A stretch of DNA of 39,064 bases from Thermodesulfovibrionales bacterium. GTDB taxonomy: Bacteria > Nitrospirota > Thermodesulfovibrionia > Thermodesulfovibrionales > UBA1546. Made by a program: the position numbers and the translations under genes. The notes under the pieces are model-generated. The model saw nothing but the letters and a program-made list of their open reading frames with translations. It was not told the origin of the DNA and did not search any database. Where the stretch lies: the NCBI GenBank assembly GCA_919901705.1, contig CAKKPR010000313.1:1-39064 (forward strand), in the 5' to 3' direction. Below are positions 19,256-28,143 of the stretch, one piece after another. Positions within the stretch are counted from its first letter, which is position 1. Every line of letters begins with the position of its first letter.

Positions 19256-20672
19256 CCGCCTTTAATCTCAACCTTTTCAATATCTCTTCTCCGGCCTTCC
19301 AGACATCTCCGGCTCCCAGTGTAAAAACCACATCTCCCTGCCTCAATCTCAATAAAAGATTTTCCATTAGTTTTTCTCTAACGGAAAAATAAACAGCGCC
19401 CTCATGCCCTGCCTTTTTTATCCTGTCGATCAAAACATTGGAATTAATGCCGTCTATTGGTTTTTCGCCTGCAGGATATATGTCCATCAGATAAAGCACA
19501 TCAGCATCAGCAAAACATCCGGAAAACTCATCTATGAGGTCCCTTGTCCTTGTATACCTGTGGGGCTGAAATACGACAAACAATCTTCCGCCGTTTGTCT
19601 GCTCTCTGCGCTCTGCGCTCTGCGCTTTGTCAATCAGCCCTTCCTTTGCTGCCCTGAGCGTTGCCTTTATCTCTGTCGGATGATGTCCGTAGTCGTCAAA
19701 GACCTTCACCCCTTTTTCATCACCCTTTAATTCAAATCTCCGCTGTATTCCGCTGAACTTGTTCAAGGCCTCTTTGACCTTGCCGGTTTCCATCTTCAGT
19801 TCCATTGCAACTGCTATGCACGCAAGGCTGTTAAGGACATTGTGCAGGCCGGGCACGGGAATACTGAAATTCCCGAGATTTTTGCCCTTATGCATCACAT
19901 CAAAACTCACCGACATGAAACCTTTATTTATATCAACTGCATATATATCGGCATCAGATGAAAGTCCGTATGTTATGCACCTCCTGTGTACAGAGGGGAC
20001 AAGTCTCCGGATCTCCTCATTCTCAATGCAGACTATTGCTGCGCCATAAAATGGAACCTTGTTCATAAATGACAGAAATGCCTCTCTTAATGAATCCATC
20101 GTCTTGAAAAAATCCATATGCTCCCTGTCTATATTTGTAACAACTGCAATTGTCGGGGAAAGTTTCAGAAATGAGCCGTCACTCTCATCAGCCTCCGCAA
20201 TGAGGAAATCTCCCTGCCCCAGCCTTGCATTGCTCCCTGTAGCCATAAGCCTGCCGCCGATAACAACTGTGGGATCAAGGCCTCCATGGGCAAGCACTGT
20301 TGAGATTAAGGATGTAGTCGTTGTCTTGCCGTGAGCGCCTGCAATAAGCACACCGTATTTCATCCTTGCCAGTTCTGCAAGCATCTCAGCGCGTGGGATT
20401 ACAGGTATTGATTTCTCTTTTGCCGCAACCACCTCCGGGTTGTCTTTGGAAACAGCAGAAGAGATAACAACAACATGGGCATCATCAACATTTTCTGCCT
20501 TATGGCCGATGTATATCTTTATCCCGAGGCTGTGGAGCCTGTTAGTGGTATCGGAATCTTTGATATCTGACCCTGTTACCTCATAGCCAAGATTATGCAG
20601 GACCTCTGCGATCCCGCTCATCCCTATTCCTCCGATACCGACAAAATGGATTATCCTGTACTGTTCAAACAT
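19248..20672 (-). CDS. murC: UDP-N-acetylmuramate--L-alanine ligase
   Basis: Motifs IHFVGIGGIGMSGIAEVL, GAHGKTTTTS and FQPHRYTRT. Confidence 0.95.
   Translation of the reverse strand: MFEQYRIIHFVGIGGIGMSGIAEVLHNLGYEVTGSDIKDSDTTNRLHSLGIKIYIGHKAENVDDAHVVVISSAVSKDNPEVVAAKEKSIPVIPRAEMLAELARMKYGVLIAGAHGKTTTTSLISTVLAHGGLDPTVVIGGRLMATGSNARLGQGDFLIAEADESDGSFLKLSPTIAVVTNIDREHMDFFKTMDSLREAFLSFMNKVPFYGAAIVCIENEEIRRLVPSVHRRCITYGLSSDADIYAVDINKGFMSVSFDVMHKGKNLGNFSIPVPGLHNVLNSLACIAVAMELKMETGKVKEALNKFSGIQRRFELKGDEKGVKVFDDYGHHPTEIKATLRAAKEGLIDKAQSAERREQTNGGRLFVVFQPHRYTRTRDLIDEFSGCFADADVLYLMDIYPAGEKPIDGINSNVLIDRIKKAGHEGAVYFSVREKLMENLLLRLRQGDVVFTLGAGDVWKAGEEILKRLRLKAGG
19598..19625. repeat. Tandem heptamers tctgctc + tctgcgc x3 inside murC
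   Basis: Read directly. They encode AQSAERREQT, just upstream of the conserved FQPHRYTRT. Confidence 0.9.
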
Positions 20673-20701
20673 GCAAACTCACCTCTCCGTCCATTCTGAA
20701 A

Positions 20702-21799
20702 TCACCTGTTCTTTACAAGACTCATTGCTATATCTACTACCCTCTGAGCAGCATCAGGCCTGCCGACTGTCCTGCTCTGCTTTTCCATCTCAGACCTCAA
20801 CTCTTCATTCGCATACAGCTCCCTGATATTTTCCGCAAGTATATCTCCTCTCAGTTCATGGTCCAGTATCATCCGCGCAGCCTTCATCTCAAGAAGTTTG
20901 CCTGCATTAAGCTCCTGATGATGGCCCGCTGCATACGGATAAGGAATCAGTATCGCAGGTTTTCCGATAGCAGTAAGCTCAGCAAGTGTTGTCGCGCCTG
21001 CCCTCGAAATAACGATATCCGCAACAGCATACGCCTCTGCCATCTGGTATATAAAAGGCGCTACGGTTCCTTTAAACCCCCACTTCCTGTAAGACTCCCT
21101 GACATATTCATAGTCACGCTCGCCTGTCTGGTGCAAAAATTGAACATTCTCTTTAAGGTCCGGCATATGATTAAAGGCATCCACCATTGCACGGTTTATA
21201 CTCTTTGCGCCTGAACTGCCGCCAAAAATGAATACTGTAAATTTGTCTTTCTCAAGTGAAAAAATATTATGGGCTGCGTCTTTACTGCCCTTGAGGATCC
21301 GCATCCTTATTGGATTCCCTGTAAGAAATGTCTTTGTATTCGGAAAAAACGGTATGCTTTCCTGATATGTAACCCCAACAGCGCCTGCAAATTTCCCAAG
21401 CACTTTATTTGCAAGCCCCGGCACAGAATTCTGCTCTACTATCATCGTTGGCGCAGATGCAAGAAATGCCGTAAACACAGGGCCGACAGACGCATAACCG
21501 CCAACACCTATCACAATATCAGGCCTTACAGCCCGGATAATGCTGTAAGAATCAGCTATCGAAAAAAACATTTTCAACACCGCCCTGAATTTTCTCAATA
21601 TGGACACCCCTGCCACGCCTTCTGCTCTCAAAAATTTTATCGGATATCCCTCACGGGGAATAATCCTCGCCTCAATACCGTGCTCGGTGCCCACAAATAT
21701 CACCTCTGTCTTTTCATCCCTTCTCTTGAGTTCTTCTGCTATTGCCAGCCCGGGGAACAAATGCCCGCCTGTTCCTCCACCCGCAATTATCACCCTCAT
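20702..21799 (-). CDS. murG: Lipid II synthase, UDP-GlcNAc transferase MurG
   Basis: GGTGGHLFPGLAIAEEL N-terminal motif and the C-terminal GT28 domain segment SRAGATTLAEL. Confidence 0.95.
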   Translation of the reverse strand: MRVIIAGGGTGGHLFPGLAIAEELKRRDEKTEVIFVGTEHGIEARIIPREGYPIKFLRAEGVAGVSILRKFRAVLKMFFSIADSYSIIRAVRPDIVIGVGGYASVGPVFTAFLASAPTMIVEQNSVPGLANKVLGKFAGAVGVTYQESIPFFPNTKTFLTGNPIRMRILKGSKDAAHNIFSLEKDKFTVFIFGGSSGAKSINRAMVDAFNHMPDLKENVQFLHQTGERDYEYVRESYRKWGFKGTVAPFIYQMAEAYAVADIVISRAGATTLAELTAIGKPAILIPYPYAAGHHQELNAGKLLEMKAARMILDHELRGDILAENIRELYANEELRSEMEKQSRTVGRPDAAQRVVDIAMSLVKNR

Positions 21800-21807
21800 A
21801 AAACTTC

Positions 21808-21873
21808 CAGTGAACAGTGAACAGTGAACAGTAAACAGTAATTACTGACACCGGCACTGACTACTGACACTGA
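21808..21873. repeat. Intergenic heptamer arrays: cagtgaa x3 plus cagtaaa/cagtaat, then ctgacNN units
   Basis: The arrays fill almost the whole murG-ftsW spacer (21800-21874). Read directly. Confidence 0.85.
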
Positions 21874-21874
21874 T

Positions 21875-23044
21875 TTAACTTCTATTCCCATACACCGCCC
21901 TCAATGCCTTTTTCCTGATCACCATATCCCTGGTCCTGTCAATCACCTTTCTTTCATCTTCTCCTTTTGAAAGCTTAAGCAGAATGCCCACTGCCGCCAT
22001 ATTCATAAGCAAAGATGAACCCCCATAGCTTATAAAAGGCAATGGGAGCCCTTTCGTCGGAATCATGCCTGTCACGACAAAGAAATTTATTAATGCCTGA
22101 AGCGCGATCATTATTGAAAGACCGAAAGACAGGTAATATACAAAACTGTCTTTGGCCTTGTTAGTGATGGAAATCCCCTTGATAAACAGCACAAGGAATA
22201 ATGCAATGACTACCGTGGCGCCTACAAGACCAAGTTCTTCACCAACTAATGAAAAAATAAAATCAGTATGTGTTTCGGGAAGGAACATCAATTTCTGTTT
22301 GCTCTCGCCAAGACCTACTCCCTTAAGTCCTCCGCTGCCTAAAGCGATAAATGACTGTATAAGCTGGAAACCGCTTCCCTGAGGGTCATCCCATGGGTTA
22401 AGGAAAGATGTTATGCGCTTCCAGCGGTATGGTTCTTTAACAAGTTTTATTATTAAAGGTACGGCCAACACAGTCAGGGATAACAGATACCTGAGTCTCA
22501 TCCCTGAGAGAAAAAGCATCGAAAGCGTCAGGATCCCCAGGCTTACAGTTGCGCCAAAATCAGGCTGTTTAAGAAATATAACCTGGAATACGGCCATGAT
22601 TCCGATAGGTTTTATAAATGATACAAAACTGTCAGTCCTGTAGTCCTGCATTGACATATATTTTGCAAGAAATATAACCATCGAAAGCTTAACCAGTTCC
22701 GAAGGTTGAAACGTTGAAGGCCAGAGCCTTATCCATCTTCTTGCGCCGCCTGCGGATATCCCTATACCTGGGATAAAAACGAGAATAAGGAGCAAAAAAG
22801 AAAATATAAGCAGAGGCAGTGCAAGTTTTTTTATGGTTTCAGGCTTCAGTCTATAGGCAGCAAACATGATTCCAAAACCAAGGAACATTGTAAAAAAGTG
22901 CTTCTTAAAATAAAAAAACTGGGTAATATTTTTTTTAGCCAGCGACGGGGTTACAACCGATGTCGAACTGTATATCATGAGAGAGCCAAAGCCCACAAGT
23001 AAAACTGTTATCAGCAAAAGCCACCTGTCATACATTTTATTCAT
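21875..23044 (-). CDS. ftsW: SEDS-family peptidoglycan polymerase FtsW
   Basis: Highly hydrophobic, apparently polytopic protein with the SEDS motifs QPSELVK and PLPFISYGGSS. Conserved dcw position. Confidence 0.92.
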   Translation of the reverse strand: MNKMYDRWLLLITVLLVGFGSLMIYSSTSVVTPSLAKKNITQFFYFKKHFFTMFLGFGIMFAAYRLKPETIKKLALPLLIFSFLLLILVFIPGIGISAGGARRWIRLWPSTFQPSELVKLSMVIFLAKYMSMQDYRTDSFVSFIKPIGIMAVFQVIFLKQPDFGATVSLGILTLSMLFLSGMRLRYLLSLTVLAVPLIIKLVKEPYRWKRITSFLNPWDDPQGSGFQLIQSFIALGSGGLKGVGLGESKQKLMFLPETHTDFIFSLVGEELGLVGATVVIALFLVLFIKGISITNKAKDSFVYYLSFGLSIMIALQALINFFVVTGMIPTKGLPLPFISYGGSSLLMNMAAVGILLKLSKGEDERKVIDRTRDMVIRKKALRAVYGNRS

Positions 23045-23045
23045 C

Positions 23046-24521
23046 TCAGGACAAACCCCTCACAAATTCCTTAAACTGTCTGCCCCTGTCCTCAAAATCC
23101 CTGAACATATCAAAGCTTGCGCACGCAGGCGAAAGCAGCACCACATCCCCTCTCGATGCACACCTTCTGGAAATCATTACAGCCTCTTTAAAGTCATCAG
23201 CAAATCTGGTTTCAGTCAGGTCTCCCAAAGCCTTATTTATTTTTTCCCTTGCCTCTCCGATAAGGACAAGGGCTTTTACCCTTTCTTTTACGAGAGGCCT
23301 GAGGATAGAAAAATCGCCTGCCTTATCTCTGCCTCCTGCAATCAGGATTACAGGCTCTGAAAAACTCTCAAGTGACTTTATCACTGCTCCGACATTTGTG
23401 CCCTTTGAGTCATTGATATAATCCACGCCGTCAAGGTCCCTGACAAATTCAAGCCTGTGTTCAAGCCCCGGGAACTCCTTCAGGGTTTTAACAATTGCAT
23501 CAACGGGACATTTTGCAAGGAGAGCCATGGCCGAAGCAGCCATGGCATTCTCCAGGTTGTGAACACCTTTGATTCTTATTTCATCAGCCCTGATGAGTTG
23601 AGAGTCAGTGATACCTGAACAGACTGAACCATCTTTGAGATAAACACCTTTTACTTCCTTTTGCCGGCTGAAGAAATATACATCAGGCAATCCTGAATCT
23701 TGAAGCTTGTCTCCTCGGCGACTCGCCTGAGGCGAGAATCTTGAATCGTATAACCTCATGACTTCAGGATCATCCGCATTAAGCACAAGAAAATCCTCTT
23801 TCTTCTGATTCAAAAATACCTGCGCCTTTGCATCCCTGTATTCATCCATGGAATGGTATCTATCGAGATGGTCAGGCGTGATATTAAGAATGGTCGCGCC
23901 ATTGGGCCTGAACTCATCTATTGACTCAAGCTGAAAGCTTGATACCTCTGCGACAATATAAGCAATAGATGCATGATTCATGATGCATGATTCACGATGC
24001 ACGTTATCCTGTATCTTGTATCCTGCATCCTGCATCAGTTTCCCTATCTCCTCTGTCAGCGCATTCCCTATGTTTCCGCCAAGGATAGCCTTAAACCCAC
24101 TATTTTTAATCATCTCATAAAGCAAGGTTGTAGTAGTTGATTTTCCGTTTGTGCCAGTTACGGCTAAAAACTCTGTGCGCTCTGCTCTCTGCCCTTTGCT
24201 CTCTCTTATAATCTGATATGCAAGCTCGAGTTCACCGATAATCTTTATGCCTGCATCTTTTGCCTTTTTCAAAGGCGGAATATCTAACGGAACGCCCGGG
24301 CTTATCACTATCAAATCCGTATTCTTAAATATCCCGTCAGGATGGCCGCCCAGGGCAAGCCTCACAGAGGGCAAAAGCCTCTCAACAAATTCTATTAATT
24401 CCCCTTTTGATTTCTTATCAGTAACTGTCACTTCTGCGCCACTACGAGCAAGCAGATTGGCCGCCCCCGCCCCGCTCCTTGCCAGGCCGAATATGAGTAT
24501 TTTCTTGCCTTTTATTTCCAT
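23046..24521 (-). CDS. murD: UDP-N-acetylmuramoylalanine--D-glutamate ligase
   Basis: Motifs ILIFGLARSG, VTGTNGKSTT and SSFQLE. It carries three repeat-encoded segments (listed as separate features). Confidence 0.93.
   Translation of the reverse strand: MEIKGKKILIFGLARSGAGAANLLARSGAEVTVTDKKSKGELIEFVERLLPSVRLALGGHPDGIFKNTDLIVISPGVPLDIPPLKKAKDAGIKIIGELELAYQIIRESKGQRAERTEFLAVTGTNGKSTTTTLLYEMIKNSGFKAILGGNIGNALTEEIGKLMQDAGYKIQDNVHRESCIMNHASIAYIVAEVSSFQLESIDEFRPNGATILNITPDHLDRYHSMDEYRDAKAQVFLNQKKEDFLVLNADDPEVMRLYDSRFSPQASRRGDKLQDSGLPDVYFFSRQKEVKGVYLKDGSVCSGITDSQLIRADEIRIKGVHNLENAMAASAMALLAKCPVDAIVKTLKEFPGLEHRLEFVRDLDGVDYINDSKGTNVGAVIKSLESFSEPVILIAGGRDKAGDFSILRPLVKERVKALVLIGEAREKINKALGDLTETRFADDFKEAVMISRRCASRGDVVLLSPACASFDMFRDFEDRGRQFKEFVRGLS
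23690..23745. repeat. GC-rich quasi-palindromic mini-element with heptamer flanks, in-frame in murD
   Basis: The core cttgtctcctcggcgactcgcctgaggcgagaa (23706-23738) is identical to 25607-25639. It is flanked by atcttga-type heptamers on both sides. Confidence 0.85.
23968..24037. repeat. Two abutting heptamer arrays in murD: gatKcaY x5, then tgYatcY x4
   Basis: Units read directly: gatgcat gattcat gatgcat gattcac gatgcac, then gttatcc tgtatct tgtatcc tgcatcc tgcatca. The two unit types are approximate reverse complements. Confidence 0.85.
24171..24207. repeat. Degenerate ctctgcN heptamer run in murD
   Basis: ctctgtg cg ctctgct ctctgcc ctttgct ctctctt. It encodes SKGQRAERTE, just before the P-loop VTGTNGKSTT. 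The unit is related to the murC array. Confidence 0.6.
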
Positions 24522-24525
24522 ATCC

Positions 24526-25665
24526 TTAACTGAAAAGTCCGGAAGCGCTGAAGGCCTCCGCCCTTATGCTTTTCTGTTCTCCTTTTTTCCCGATCTTCTT
24601 AGCTTCCGCGCCTTTACGTTTCCGGCCTTCCACCACTGTTGCCTGAGCCTTTTTTGATTTTTTCTTTGCTAAGGCCTTTGCATACTTTGATTTCTTACCC
24701 CTGGAATTTTTTTTGTATGCTGCCTTCCCGGCAGGCTTCGTGTAATCCGCTTTTGTAAAGTAAATAACCGGCTGCCCGTCGCGTGCTATAACATCAAAAC
24801 CTTTTCCCTCCAGTTGTTCTGCCTCATCCCATAGCATCTTTCTGCTTGGCGCTCCCAGAATAGCAACGATTACTGTCTCGCCTTCTCTTTTCCCTGCATA
24901 TACAAAGCAATGCCTTGCTAATCTTGTGTATCCTGTCTTGCCGCCAACTGCTCCTTCATCAGACCACAAAAGCTTGTTCGTATTCTCAAGTGAGATTGTC
25001 CTGCCCTCAGATGTTGATATATCTGCTTCTCTGGTGCCGATAATCTCCCTTATCACCGGATATTTGAGGGCGTGCCTGAGTATTTTCGCAAGGTCGTATG
25101 CTGTTATCTGCTGCCCTTTTCCAGGAAGCCCTGTTGCATTTATAAACTTTGTGTCAGACGCGCCAATCGCAGCAATTTTCCTGTTCATAAGTTCCACGAA
25201 CTTTTCTTCTGAGCCGGCAACATGTTCTGCAAGCGCGAAGGCAGCGCCATTGGCTGACCTCAGAAGCGCAGCATAAAGCAGTGTCTCGACAGTCACGGTC
25301 TCGCCTGGCTTAAACCTGGTCCCTTTTATCGAGGGCACTTCTGCCGCCATCTCGCTTATTGTTACAGTCTCATTCAGCCGGGCCCTGTCAAGCACAACCA
25401 TTGCTGTCACAAGTTTTGTTGTGCTTGCAGGAGGCAGTCTTAGATTGGGATTTTTCGCAAAAAGGACCCTGCCGGTAGAAGCCTCCATTGCCAGCGCAGC
25501 CTTTGATTTTATTTCATCAGCAGAGACAAAAGTTGCAAACTGCAAGCTGCAAGCTGCAAGCAAAAACAAAATAAGTTTACCCGCATTTCTGGCTTGAAAC
25601 TTGAAACTTGTCTCCTCGGCGACTCGCCTGAGGCGAGAAACTTGAAACCTTCTTTTCATAATCAC
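24526..25665 (-). CDS. D-alanyl-D-alanine carboxypeptidase (S11, PBP5/6-like) with a Lys-rich C-terminal tail
   Basis: SxxK (ASTTK), SxN (SAN) and KTG (GGKTGYT) motifs, plus a signal-peptide-like [19 protein letters not shown]. The last ~70 aa are strongly K/R-rich. Confidence 0.85.
   Translation of the reverse strand: MIMKRRFQVSRLRRVAEETSFKFQARNAGKLILFLLAACSLQFATFVSADEIKSKAALAMEASTGRVLFAKNPNLRLPPASTTKLVTAMVVLDRARLNETVTISEMAAEVPSIKGTRFKPGETVTVETLLYAALLRSANGAAFALAEHVAGSEEKFVELMNRKIAAIGASDTKFINATGLPGKGQQITAYDLAKILRHALKYPVIREIIGTREADISTSEGRTISLENTNKLLWSDEGAVGGKTGYTRLARHCFVYAGKREGETVIVAILGAPSRKMLWDEAEQLEGKGFDVIARDGQPVIYFTKADYTKPAGKAAYKKNSRGKKSKYAKALAKKKSKKAQATVVEGRKRKGAEAKKIGKKGEQKSIRAEAFSASGLFS
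25534..25561. repeat. Tandem heptamers tgcaaac + tgcaagc x3 inside the carboxypeptidase signal-peptide region
   Basis: Read directly. They encode [10 protein letters not shown]. Confidence 0.9.
25591..25647. repeat. GC-rich quasi-palindromic mini-element with heptamer flanks, in-frame at the carboxypeptidase N-terminus
   Basis: Layout is cttgaaa x2, a core identical to the murD copy (25607-25639), then cttgaaa. It is read in a different frame from the murD copy. Confidence 0.85.
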
Positions 25666-26744
25666 CTCAATTTCAAGGTTGCAAGGCTCAAAAGAGCCAG
25701 CATTATCCCCACTATCCAGAATCTGACTATAACCTTCGGTTCAGGCCATCCCTTCAGTTCAAAGTGGTGGTGTATCGGAGCCATCCTGAATATCCTTTTG
25801 CCTGTAAGTTTAAATGACGAAACCTGAAGCACAACTGAAAGTGTCTCTATAACGAATATTCCTCCGACAACCGCAAGCACTATTTCATGTTTTGTTATTA
25901 CAGCAAGCGTCCCGAGCGAACCGCCGAGCGAGAGTGAACCCACATCTCCCATGAACACATCGGCAGGGTATGAGTTATACCAGAGAAAACCGAGGGATGC
26001 TCCGAGCATGGCGCCGCAAAGCACGGTCAACTCTCCTGTGCCCGGAAGATACAGAACCTGCAGATATTGTGAGAACTTAAAATTACCCGAGATATAAACG
26101 AGAATGCCTGTTGCCAGCACTGCAATCCCGACAAGCCCTATGGCAAGGCCGTCAATGCCGTCAGTGAGATTAACCGCATTAGATGACCCTACAATAACAA
26201 CGACAGAAAAAGGGATATAAAACCACCCCAGGTCAAAAAGCCATTTTTTGAAGAAAGGGACGCTCAGTACAGCGCTGAAAGGGTCCTTTGGATTCATATA
26301 AAGGAACATGCCTATCATTAAGGCAAGCGATATCTGCGCCCCGAACTTATAGCAGGCGCGTAAACCTTTGGAATCCTTTTTTATAATCTTGAGATAATCA
26401 TCAATAAACCCTATTGCGCCAAAGCCCACGATGGAGAAGGCCATCACCCATATATATGCATTCGTAAGGTCGCCCCATAATAAAATAGTGATGAGTATGG
26501 AGATTATTATAAGCACGCCGCCCATAGTCGGCGTTCCTGTCTTCCCTAAATGTGTCTGCGGGCCATCATCTCTTATATGCTGGGTAACACTGAACCTCCT
26601 GAGCCTTTTTATAATACTGGGGCCGAGTATAAATGTGATAAGCATTGCCGTAATCACAGCAAGGGCGGTCCTGAATGTTATGTACCTGAAAACATTCAGA
26701 GGAGAAAACCAGTCATGTAATTTATAAAGAAGGCTATACAGCAT
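25662..26744 (-). CDS. mraY: Phospho-N-acetylmuramoyl-pentapeptide transferase
   Basis: Motifs [25 protein letters not shown] and APIHHHFE. Confidence 0.96.
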   Translation of the reverse strand: MLYSLLYKLHDWFSPLNVFRYITFRTALAVITAMLITFILGPSIIKRLRRFSVTQHIRDDGPQTHLGKTGTPTMGGVLIIISILITILLWGDLTNAYIWVMAFSIVGFGAIGFIDDYLKIIKKDSKGLRACYKFGAQISLALMIGMFLYMNPKDPFSAVLSVPFFKKWLFDLGWFYIPFSVVVIVGSSNAVNLTDGIDGLAIGLVGIAVLATGILVYISGNFKFSQYLQVLYLPGTGELTVLCGAMLGASLGFLWYNSYPADVFMGDVGSLSLGGSLGTLAVITKHEIVLAVVGGIFVIETLSVVLQVSSFKLTGKRIFRMAPIHHHFELKGWPEPKVIVRFWIVGIMLALLSLATLKLR

Positions 26745-28143
26745 TTCCCGTCCCTCGGTTGCGAGTCGTATCGACTTTATTTGTTTCTAAAACCTTTTCC
26801 ATGCCCATTCCCCTTGAGCCCTTAACAAGCACCGTGTCATCCTCCCTGCAAATACCAATAAGTATTTCCCCTGCCTCCAATGCCGTAGCTGCACGAAAGG
26901 ACTGCCCTCCCTTTTTAGCAAACAGGGATTCTGCCTCTGCCATCAGGGGGCCAACTGCAATAAAAATATCTATCGGAAGCTTTGACATCCATTCTCCAAG
27001 CTTTCTGTGCGCCTCTTCAGCATAGGAACCCAATTCAAGCATATCTCCAAGAACAGCAATAGCCCTGACCTTTCTCAGCCTTACAAGTTCCTTTACTGCC
27101 TCTTCCATGGATGCAGGGTTTGCATTATACACATCGCTTATCACTGTTGCCCCGAACAGCTCTTTAATCTCAAGCCTCATCGGAACGCCTTTAAACGATT
27201 CAATGCCGGCCTTTATGGACTGCAGGTCAATCTTGAATATATCTCCCACGGATGCAGCGGCAAGCGCATTATAGATATTAAATGTCCCGGGTATTTTCAG
27301 GTTTATTTCTACCTGGCGCTCTGCGCCAAAGCACAGCAGGAAATCAGAGCCCCTGTCCCTGATATTAATATCCCTTGCAAATACATCAGCCTTATTTTCT
27401 ATACCGAATGTAACAACCTTCCCGTGATACATGGAAAGACCCTGCATAAGAAATGCATCATCTGCGCTTACTGCAACCCCCTTCACAGTATCCAGAAGCT
27501 CAAGCTTTGTGTTTCTCACAGCCTCAATGCTCCCGAACCCTTCAAGATGCCCCGGGCCTATGTTTGTCACAACCCCATAATCAGGCACAGCAATCCCGCA
27601 CAACTCTTTTATGTCTCCCTGAGCGCTTGCACCCATCTCAAGAACAATCATTTCATCCTCGTCACCAAGTTTTGTCAGGCTCAATGGAAGACCGATATGG
27701 TTATTAAGATTCCCTGTATTCTTAAGAACCCTGTATCTCGTGCCCAGAATAGATGCGATTAATTCCTTTGTCGTTGTCTTGCCGTTTGTGCCTGTTATGC
27801 CGATAACAGGTATGTTGCTTCTCATGCGCATATAGTGCGCAATATCCTGAAGCGCATTCAGGGTGTTTTTTACATAGATTATTATCTTTCCCCTCAGAGG
27901 TTCTGCAGGAGGAAAATTCACCAGTGCGCCGCTTCCTTTTTCAAGGGCCTTATAAAGAAAATCGTGGCCGTCATATTTTGAGCCCCTCAGTGCAATAAAT
28001 AGTTCGCCCTCCCTTATCGCCCTGGAATCTATGGACACACCTGTAAAGGCATGGGAATTACCGTTGCCGTAAACAACCTTCCCGCCTGTGGCCTTAATGA
28101 TATCTTCTATTGTTAAAGTTCCCATAACCTCTGTCTCAAACAT
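26734..28143 (-). CDS. murF: UDP-MurNAc-tripeptide--D-Ala-D-Ala ligase
   Basis: [13 protein letters not shown]-loop, Mur ligase middle and C-terminal domains, conserved dcw position. Confidence 0.92.
   Translation of the reverse strand: MFETEVMGTLTIEDIIKATGGKVVYGNGNSHAFTGVSIDSRAIREGELFIALRGSKYDGHDFLYKALEKGSGALVNFPPAEPLRGKIIIYVKNTLNALQDIAHYMRMRSNIPVIGITGTNGKTTTKELIASILGTRYRVLKNTGNLNNHIGLPLSLTKLGDEDEMIVLEMGASAQGDIKELCGIAVPDYGVVTNIGPGHLEGFGSIEAVRNTKLELLDTVKGVAVSADDAFLMQGLSMYHGKVVTFGIENKADVFARDINIRDRGSDFLLCFGAERQVEINLKIPGTFNIYNALAAASVGDIFKIDLQSIKAGIESFKGVPMRLEIKELFGATVISDVYNANPASMEEAVKELVRLRKVRAIAVLGDMLELGSYAEEAHRKLGEWMSKLPIDIFIAVGPLMAEAESLFAKKGGQSFRAATALEAGEILIGICREDDTVLVKGSRGMGMEKVLETNKVDTTRNRGTGNAV

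Noticed and set aside
17907-25561. Heptamer arrays as phase-variation switches.
   Set aside because: They lie in essential single-copy cell-wall genes, where a +/-7-nt slip would be lethal. Frame-filtered repeat expansion is the more economical reading.
27007-27762. Long plus-strand ORFs opposite the dcw genes (also 14025-14450, 18804-19265, 32159-32674, 31017-31448, 2666-3142 and others in the track).
   Set aside because: They are antisense shadows of strongly supported genes. They have low-complexity or Cys/Ser/Pro-rich translations, no RBS context and no recognisable domains.
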